Part shown: positions 26,275 through 32,000 of the stretch, in pieces
Numbering within the stretch: position 1 is the stretch's first letter
How the letters are laid out: every line of letters starts with the position of its first letter
DNA from: Geobacter metallireducens GS-15
Lineage (GTDB): Bacteria; Desulfobacterota; Desulfuromonadia; Geobacterales; Geobacteraceae
DNA length: 32,000 bases
Assembly (NCBI RefSeq): GCF_000012925.1
Contig: NC_007517.1
Span: forward strand, 3,630,001 to 3,662,000
Direction of reading: 5' to 3'
The notes under the pieces: model-generated
What the model saw: the letters and a program-made list of their open reading frames with translations, nothing else
The model's database searches: none
Told to the model about the DNA's origin: nothing
Made by a program: the position numbers and the translations under genes

Positions 26275-29154
26275 ATGACCGACCTGTACATGAACAACCC
26301 CTTGATTCACCGGGACCGTCGTCTCGGCGCGTCCGATTCCGAGTGGGTGCGCTCCTTTGCCTGCGAGGACCTGAAGCCGCTCATCGTCTGCCGCGGCCCC
26401 ATCCGCAAGGAGGCCATGGATGTCTATGAGGAGATGGGGATCACCCACTACGGTATCCTCCTCTCCGAGAAGGACTCCATCGTCTACGCCAACGCCCTGG
26501 CTCCGGAACTGCGCCAGCTGACCGATTCCAACCGGGTCCACCGGGTGCCTGACTACACCGGCGCCTCCAAGGAGGAGCGGGTCGAGCGGATCGGCCAGAT
26601 CATCCAGATCGCCAAGGACAACGGGTACGACGCCATCTTCGCCGGCTACGGCTTCATGGCCGAGGACGAGGAGTTTGTCGCCGCCATCGAGAACGCCGGC
26701 CTGTCGTTCATGGGCCCCAACTCCCGCACCCAGGCCGACGCCGGCAAGAAGGACGAGGCCAAGCGGACCGCCCTCCAAGTGGGGGTCAGCGTCACCCCGG
26801 GCATCAACAACGTCACGGCCCGGACCCTGGTCAAAAAGCACCAGACCCGCGAGGCGCTCCTGGCCCTCGTGCCGGCCCAGGGGCTCGACGTGGACGCCAA
26901 GGTCCTGAAAGACACCAAACTCTCCCTTGAGGAGTTGGCCGACGCCATCCTCTACGCCTCCTACGCCAAGGGTATCGACCTCTACTCCATTGAGGAGCTC
27001 TCCGCCCAGGTGCAGGTGGAAGTGGCGAACATGTTCACCGAGTACCCCGGCAGCCGGATCCGCCTCAAGGCCATTGGTGGCGGCGGCGGCAAGGGGCAAC
27101 GGATCCTCGGCGCGTCGCTGCTGAACACCAAGAAGCCGACCGAGGCCCAGGTCAGGGAAGCGGCCGCCGAGGCCCCCGGCCTGGTCCGGGAGGTCCTCAA
27201 CGAGGTCAAGGCCAACGGCGTGGGGGACAACAAGAACGTCCTCATCGAGCTCAACATCGAGCAGACCCGCCACAACGAGATCCAGCTCCTGGGCAACGGC
27301 GAGTGGTGCATCTCCATGGGGGGTCGCGACTGCTCCCTCCAGATGCACGAGCAGAAGCTCCTTGAAATCTCCGTCACCCAGGAAGGGCTTGCCCTGGCCA
27401 TCGACAAGGCCAAGGCTGCCGGGCGCAAGGCCGAGGTGAAGGCCCTGGAGAGCGACCTCAAGGTGCTCAAGCGGATGGAGGAAGATGCCGCCAAGTTCGG
27501 CGCCGCCGTGGGGCTCGACTCCGCTTCCACCTTCGAGTGCATCGTGGACCGGGACCGTTACTACTTCATGGAAGTGAACACCCGCATCCAGGTGGAGCAC
27601 CGGGTCTCCGAGCTCTGCTACTCCCTCAAGTTCACCAATCCCAAGGACAAGAACGATTTCTTTATCGTCGAGTCCCTGGTGGAGGCCATGGCCCTGCTGG
27701 TGAAGCACAAGAAGCGGCTCCCCAAGCCGGAGCGGATTGCCCGGTTCGCGGCCGGCGCCGAGGCCCGCCTCAACGCCACCGACGCCTCCCTCTCCCCCCA
27801 TGCCGGCGGCATGATACGGTACTGGTCGGATCCCATTGAAGGAGAAATCCGCGATGACCAGGGAATCTGCCTGGTCAACCCCGACACCGGCATGTTCATG
27901 CGCTACAAGGTGGCGGGCGCCTACGACTCCAACATCGCCCTGCTCCTCACCAAGGGAGAGGACCGCCTCGACAGCTACCTGAAGCTTTCCGAAGTTCTGG
28001 GCAAAACCATCCTGCGCGGCACCGACCTGGCCACCAACCTGGAGTTCCACTACGGCCTCGTCAACTGGTTCCTTGGCCAGAACGTCATGGCCAAACCGAC
28101 TACCCGTTTCGTGGTCCCCTACCTGACTCTGGTGGGGCAGCTGAAGGAAGAGGCCAACAAGCTCGACACGGTCTTCGCCTTCATCCAGATGAAGAAGGCC
28201 TACGCCAGGAAGGTGGCCGCCCAGTTCCCCGACGACCCGAAGATCGCCAAGGAGATGTCCGCCATCCTCGACCGAAAGGGAACCCTGGTCACCCGCCCCA
28301 TGGACCGGCTCCTGGCCGACCCGCACCTCCTCTCGGGGTGGCTCTCCATCAACCGCAGGAACTTCACCATGGAAAACGGGAAGGTAATCTGGCACGACAA
28401 CCCCTTTGTGATCCTGGCAGACACCTACGAGTATCTGAACATGTCCTACGACCCGGCGGCACCGGCAGCCGACGTGATCTGGGACCATGACAACGACCTG
28501 CTCCAGAAGGGACTCCGCTTCTACACGACCCTGGCCGGCCATTTCAAGCTGGGGCTCCACGAGTTCGACGCCCTTTCGGCCATCCTCGTCAAGGAGAAGC
28601 CCCAAGGCGGGTTCTCCGACGAACGGTGGCTCGAAATCCAGTCCGCCCACATGGGCTTCGAGGCCGGGCTTGAACTCCTCGGCATGCTCTTCATCATCGC
28701 CGATACCGTCAAGTTCTGGGACTTCAAGGTTGAGGACGACCTGGAAGTCACCATCCCCGACTACCTGAACGATCCGGAGCTGCAGGCCAGGATGAAGAAG
28801 ATTCTCGTTCCTCCCCCCGCCACCAAGGCCGACGAGATCGTCGCCATGTGCGGCGGCATGTACTACGGCCAGGAGGCGCCGGGCATGCCCGCCTTCGTGT
28901 ACGAGGGGATGCACTTCGAGAAGGGGCAGGCTCTCTACATCATCGAAGTCATGAAGATGTTCAATACCGTGCGAGCCACCTTCTCAGGCACCATCGACAA
29001 GATCATTATGCAGGGCGCCGACGGGAGCATCGTCCAGAAGGGGCAGCCCCTCTTCAAGGTCACGCCCGACGAGAAATTCGTCGAAGTGAACCCGGAAGAG
29101 GTGGAACAGCTCAAACGGGAGCGGACCGCGGCCTATCTCAAGGCCGTTCTCTAG
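26275..29154 (+). CDS. Atypical long biotin carboxylase (ATP-grasp) fused to a C-terminal biotin carboxyl carrier domain
   Basis: BC motifs KAIGGGGGKGQR, RDCSLQMHEQK and EVNTRIQVEHRVSE. C-terminal biotinyl domain with EVMKMFNTV (biotin-Lys motif). 959 aa, with insertions inside the ATP-grasp and a ~300-aa central region I cannot assign. Confidence 0.88.
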   Translation: MTDLYMNNPLIHRDRRLGASDSEWVRSFACEDLKPLIVCRGPIRKEAMDVYEEMGITHYGILLSEKDSIVYANALAPELRQLTDSNRVHRVPDYTGASKEERVERIGQIIQIAKDNGYDAIFAGYGFMAEDEEFVAAIENAGLSFMGPNSRTQADAGKKDEAKRTALQVGVSVTPGINNVTARTLVKKHQTREALLALVPAQGLDVDAKVLKDTKLSLEELADAILYASYAKGIDLYSIEELSAQVQVEVANMFTEYPGSRIRLKAIGGGGGKGQRILGASLLNTKKPTEAQVREAAAEAPGLVREVLNEVKANGVGDNKNVLIELNIEQTRHNEIQLLGNGEWCISMGGRDCSLQMHEQKLLEISVTQEGLALAIDKAKAAGRKAEVKALESDLKVLKRMEEDAAKFGAAVGLDSASTFECIVDRDRYYFMEVNTRIQVEHRVSELCYSLKFTNPKDKNDFFIVESLVEAMALLVKHKKRLPKPERIARFAAGAEARLNATDASLSPHAGGMIRYWSDPIEGEIRDDQGICLVNPDTGMFMRYKVAGAYDSNIALLLTKGEDRLDSYLKLSEVLGKTILRGTDLATNLEFHYGLVNWFLGQNVMAKPTTRFVVPYLTLVGQLKEEANKLDTVFAFIQMKKAYARKVAAQFPDDPKIAKEMSAILDRKGTLVTRPMDRLLADPHLLSGWLSINRRNFTMENGKVIWHDNPFVILADTYEYLNMSYDPAAPAADVIWDHDNDLLQKGLRFYTTLAGHFKLGLHEFDALSAILVKEKPQGGFSDERWLEIQSAHMGFEAGLELLGMLFIIADTVKFWDFKVEDDLEVTIPDYLNDPELQARMKKILVPPPATKADEIVAMCGGMYYGQEAPGMPAFVYEGMHFEKGQALYIIEVMKMFNTVRATFSGTIDKIIMQGADGSIVQKGQPLFKVTPDEKFVEVNPEEVEQLKRERTAAYLKAVL

Positions 29155-29173
29155 CAGGCCCTGCCCGCATCCG

Positions 29174-29206
29174 CCGGCCCCGCCCGGAAAGGCGGGGTCG
29201 GTTTTT
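29174..29206 (+). terminator. Rho-independent terminator after the BC-BCCP gene
   Basis: CCGGCCCCGCC-cggaaa-GGCGGGGTCGG (10 of 11 paired), followed by TTTTT (29202..29206). Confidence 0.7.
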
Positions 29207-29260
29207 ATGGGCCGGCCGAATTGCCTTGCCTGAACTAACACCAACATTCGGGAGGATACC

Positions 29261-29896
29261 GTGAGAAAAGGAAAACTTATCGTCATTGAGGGAATCAGCG
29301 GCTCGGGCCAGCAGGTCAAGGCGGCCATCGTGGGGCTGCACAAGGCGCTGACAGGAATGAAATACGACGTGGTCGAATGCGCCAACCCCGATTCCGGCCG
29401 GGCAAAGGAACTCGGGATCGACAATCTTCTCAACTGGCCCTTCGGCAGGACCCCCCGGGCCGACTTCATGTTCGAGGCCGCGGTCCGGACCGAGGTCTTC
29501 AAGAACATCGTCGAGCCGGCGCTCCAGGATGACAAGATCGTCCTGTGCAAGCAATCGAGCATCTCTTCCCTGGCAAACGCCTGGGTCAGCGGTTACACCA
29601 AGCATTTCGACGTGCTGCGCCATATCGAAAAGCTTTCCCGGGGATTTCTCTTCGAGGATGAGATCTATCCGGACCTGACCCTCTTCATCGACGTGCCGGC
29701 CCAGGAGGCCTTCGAGCGGATCGAGGATGTCCTGCAGATCCACCACGAAGGGGGCATCGAATACTATGAGAAGATGCGGGAGTTCTATCTCAAGGAGATT
29801 TCCCGCTGGCATGGCGCCAGCATCGCCGCTGGAGCCGACAGGTCGGAAGAGGAGATAAACGCCGACATCTGGGCCAAGGTTCAAACCATCCTCTAG
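29261..29896 (+). CDS. Thymidylate-kinase-fold protein with degenerate P-loop (likely not a bona fide dTMP kinase)
   Basis: GTG start with a [24 protein letters not shown] aligns to the Tmk motif KFIVIEGxxGAGKTT, and PDLTLFIDV aligns to PDLTxYLDV. The Walker-A Lys-Thr is Gln-Gln, and the DR(Y/H) motif position reads CKQ. Confidence 0.7.
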   Translation: MRKGKLIVIEGISGSGQQVKAAIVGLHKALTGMKYDVVECANPDSGRAKELGIDNLLNWPFGRTPRADFMFEAAVRTEVFKNIVEPALQDDKIVLCKQSSISSLANAWVSGYTKHFDVLRHIEKLSRGFLFEDEIYPDLTLFIDVPAQEAFERIEDVLQIHHEGGIEYYEKMREFYLKEISRWHGASIAAGADRSEEEINADIWAKVQTIL

Positions 29897-29988
29897 CCGC
29901 ACAACCCACCGACGCGCCCCTGCTGAACACCACGGCGGGGGCCGTTTTCATTTTCAGGACACGAATTATCCACCGGAAGGAGAACACC

Positions 29989-31647
29989 ATGAGCATCAGC
30001 GACAAGAAACAGGCCTGGCAGGACACTGTCGTGGCCAAGAGCATCGCCAGATCCCCGGAGCGGAAGCCCGAATTCCGCACCACTTCCAATATCGAGATGG
30101 AGCGCTGCTTCACTCCCGGCTTCGACGACTATCCGGGCTACGAAGAGGAGCTCGGCTTCCCGGGCCAGTACCCCTTCACCCGCGGCGTCCAGCCCACCAT
30201 GTACCGGGGCCGCTTCTGGACCATGCGCCAGTACGCCGGTTTCGGCACGGCCAAGGAATCCAACGAGCGCTACAAATATCTGCTTCAGGCGGGTCAGACC
30301 GGCCTTTCCGTCGCCTTCGACCTCCCCACCCAGATGGGGTACGACTCCGACGCCGCCATGGCCCAGGGCGAAGTTGGTAAAGTAGGGGTCGCCATCGACT
30401 CCCTGGCCGACATGGAGATCCTCTTCGACGGCATCCCCCTGGACAAGGTCTCCACCTCCATGACCATCAACTCCACCGCCGCTATCCTCCTAGCCATGTA
30501 CATCGCCGTGGCCGAGAAGCAGGGTGTCTCGCCGGAGAAGATTTCCGGCACCATCCAAAACGACATCCTCAAAGAATACATGGCCCGGGGGACTTACATC
30601 TACCCCCCCCAGGAGTCGATGCGGATCATCACCGACATCTTCGCCTACTGCAAAGACAACGTCCCCAAGTGGAACACCATCTCCATCTCCGGCTACCACA
30701 TCCGCGAGGCGGGCTCCAGCGCCGTGCAGGAAGTGGCCTTCACCCTGGCCGACGGCATCGCCTACGTGGAAGCCGCCATCAAGGCTGGCCTCAACGTGGA
30801 TGAATTCGCCCCCCGGCTCGCCTTCTTCTTCAACGCCCACAACAACCTCTTGGAGGAAGTCGCCAAGTTCCGGGCCGCCCGCCGCATGTGGGCCACCATC
30901 ATGAAAGAGCGGTTCGGGGCCAAGGATCCCAAGTCCCTCATGCTCCGCTTCCACACCCAGACCGCCGGCTGCACCCTCACCGCCCAGCAGCCCGACAACA
31001 ACATCATGCGGGTCACCATCCAGGCCCTGGCCGCCGTTCTCGGCGGCACCCAGTCGCTCCACACCAACTCCCGCGACGAGGCCCTGGCGCTCCCCACCGA
31101 AGACTCGGTCCGGATAGCGCTCCGCACCCAGCAGGTCATCGCCTACGAATCGGGCGTGGCCGACTCCATCGACCCCCTGGCCGGCAGCTTCCTCGTGGAA
31201 TCCCTCACCGACCAGATCGAAATGGCCGCCACCGAGTACATCAACAAGATCGACTCCCTCGGCGGCGCCGTCGAAGCCATCTCCCGCGGCTTCCAGCAGA
31301 AGGAAATCCAGGACTCCGCCTACGCCTACCAGCGGGCCATCGAAACCGACGACCTGATCATCGTCGGGGTCAACAAGTTCACCGTCACCGGCGAGCCGGC
31401 CCCCGAGCTTCTCAAGATCAAGGAAGAGGTCGAAATCGCCCAGAAGAAGTCCCTCGGCGACATGAAGGCCAAACGCGACGACGCAAGGGTCAAGGAAACC
31501 CTCGCCGCCCTCGCCGCCGCCGCCAAGGGAACCGACAACCTCATGCCGCCGATCCTCAACGCTGTCAAGGCCTACGCCACCCTCGGCGAAATCGCCAACG
31601 TCCTCCGCGACGTCTTCGGTGTCCACCGGGAGACGGTGGTGCTGTAA
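29989..31647 (+). CDS. Methylmalonyl-CoA mutase-type acyl-CoA mutase, catalytic (substrate-binding TIM barrel) subunit without B12-binding domain
   Basis: [93 protein letters not shown]. It ends in the linker region, and no DxHxxG cobalamin domain is present. Confidence 0.93.
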   Translation: MSISDKKQAWQDTVVAKSIARSPERKPEFRTTSNIEMERCFTPGFDDYPGYEEELGFPGQYPFTRGVQPTMYRGRFWTMRQYAGFGTAKESNERYKYLLQAGQTGLSVAFDLPTQMGYDSDAAMAQGEVGKVGVAIDSLADMEILFDGIPLDKVSTSMTINSTAAILLAMYIAVAEKQGVSPEKISGTIQNDILKEYMARGTYIYPPQESMRIITDIFAYCKDNVPKWNTISISGYHIREAGSSAVQEVAFTLADGIAYVEAAIKAGLNVDEFAPRLAFFFNAHNNLLEEVAKFRAARRMWATIMKERFGAKDPKSLMLRFHTQTAGCTLTAQQPDNNIMRVTIQALAAVLGGTQSLHTNSRDEALALPTEDSVRIALRTQQVIAYESGVADSIDPLAGSFLVESLTDQIEMAATEYINKIDSLGGAVEAISRGFQQKEIQDSAYAYQRAIETDDLIIVGVNKFTVTGEPAPELLKIKEEVEIAQKKSLGDMKAKRDDARVKETLAALAAAAKGTDNLMPPILNAVKAYATLGEIANVLRDVFGVHRETVVL

Positions 31648-31651
31648 TTTT

Positions 31652-32000
31652 ATGGGAATAACACGGAGAGACGGAGAAACGGAGAAAAAGCTCTTAGAAT
31701 CAGAATTGACCGACCTGATTATTGGCAAAGCCATTGTTGTCCACAGTACGCTCGGTCCAGGGCTTCTCGAATCAGTTTATGAAGCCTGCCTTGCCTATGA
31801 ATTATCAGAAGCCGGCTTACACGTAGAACGTCAAAAGGTTTTGCCGGTACGATACAAGAACATCAACCTTGATGATGGACTCCGCATGGATCTGGTTGTC
31901 GAAAACAGGATCATTCTCGAATTGAAGTGCGTTGACACCATTCTCCCGGTCCACGAAGCACAGCTTCAGACCTATTTGAAGCTTTCAGGATTGAGAGTTG
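31652..32000 (+). CDS. GxxExxY protein (PD-(D/E)XK nuclease-like superfamily), C-terminus beyond window end
   Basis: Not in the ORF track (no stop in the window). My translation from ATG 31652: MGITRRDGETEKKLLESELTDLIIGKAIVVHSTLGPGLLESVYEACLAYELSEAGLHVERQKVLPVRYKNINLDDGLRMDLVVENRIILELKCVDTILPVHEAQLQTYLKLSGLRV. It contains G-L-L-E-S-V-Y (GxxExxY) and a D...ExK-like pattern (MDLVV...ELK). About 47% GC over 31701..32000 by hand count, against about 67% in a mutase sample. Confidence 0.8.
   Translation, partial: MGITRRDGETEKKLLESELTDLIIGKAIVVHSTLGPGLLESVYEACLAYELSEAGLHVERQKVLPVRYKNINLDDGLRMDLVVENRIILELKCVDTILPVHEAQLQTYLKLSGLRV
31657..31690 (+). repeat. Hairpin element copy E, left arm only (partner arm expected beyond the window end)
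   Basis: AATAACACGGAGAGACGGAGAAACGGAGAAAAAG. The first 20 nt are identical to the left arm of copy C. It lies inside codons 2-13 of the GxxExxY ORF. Confidence 0.85.

Noticed and set aside
29897-29988. Possible intrinsic terminator between the Tmk-like gene and the mutase gene (GCCCC ... GGGGC followed by CGTTTTCATTTT).
   Set aside because: The stem is only about 5 bp with a ~17-nt loop, which is too weak to call. The genes are probably co-transcribed.
12868-31690. Whether the repeated AATAACAC/ACGGAG sequences form a CRISPR array.
   Set aside because: The repeats occur as inverted pairs, not direct repeats. The pairs are separated by kilobases of housekeeping genes. There is no regular repeat-spacer periodicity and no cas genes.
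1-32000. rRNA, tRNA, transposase, integrase, or phage or defence-system genes.
   Set aside because: I recognised none on either strand by eye. tRNAscan-SE, Infernal and an HMM search would be needed to exclude small RNAs formally.

Overview
This is a high-GC (roughly 60-67% by hand counts) bacterial chromosomal segment. Gene content and order resemble a Geobacter/Desulfuromonadales core region; that taxon call comes from memory of synteny and is unverified.

Gene order, left to right:
- A partial LysM secreted protein (minus strand, missing from the ORF track). It starts 1 nt after the stop of a 996-aa envelope protein with a signal peptide, a YbgF-like TPR, 61 uninterrupted x-A-A-E-K/R pentads and four DUF11/CARDB-like modules.
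- uvrC.
- A periplasmic TlpA/ResA-like redoxin and trxA (minus strand).
- A heme/siroheme operon: precorrin-2 dehydrogenase-like gene, CcsA/HemX-like membrane protein, hemA, hemC and a cobA-hemD fusion.
- tatD and a tcdA-like ThiF-family gene.
- A ferritin-like diiron protein.
- A K+-independent-type H+-pyrophosphatase (minus strand).
- An oxidative-stress module: Fur/PerR-like regulator, an unlisted 36-aa rubredoxin-type ORF, a second diiron protein and a flavodiiron protein.
- A lactate module: LarA-like racemase, GlcD-like FAD oxidase and GlcF-like Fe-S subunit.
- An XRE-cupin regulator.
- An acyl-CoA carboxylase/mutase module: carboxyltransferase, an atypical 959-aa biotin carboxylase-BCCP fusion, a thymidylate-kinase-like protein with a degenerate P-loop, and a methylmalonyl-CoA mutase catalytic subunit lacking a B12 domain.
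- A partial, low-GC GxxExxY (PD-(D/E)XK-like) gene at the right edge, also missing from the ORF track.

The most unusual content is a five-copy family of intergenic hairpin elements (AATAACAC...GTGTTATT). Their arms are tandem ACGGAG-type units, and every copy sits between co-directional genes. In the fifth copy the left arm is the 5' coding end of the GxxExxY gene. The four short copies look like internally deleted, start-less derivatives of that gene, which suggests an operon-riding selfish element with miniature relatives.

I recognised no rRNA, tRNA, CRISPR array, transposase or integrase. Many long antisense or off-frame ORFs in the track are high-GC or low-complexity shadows.
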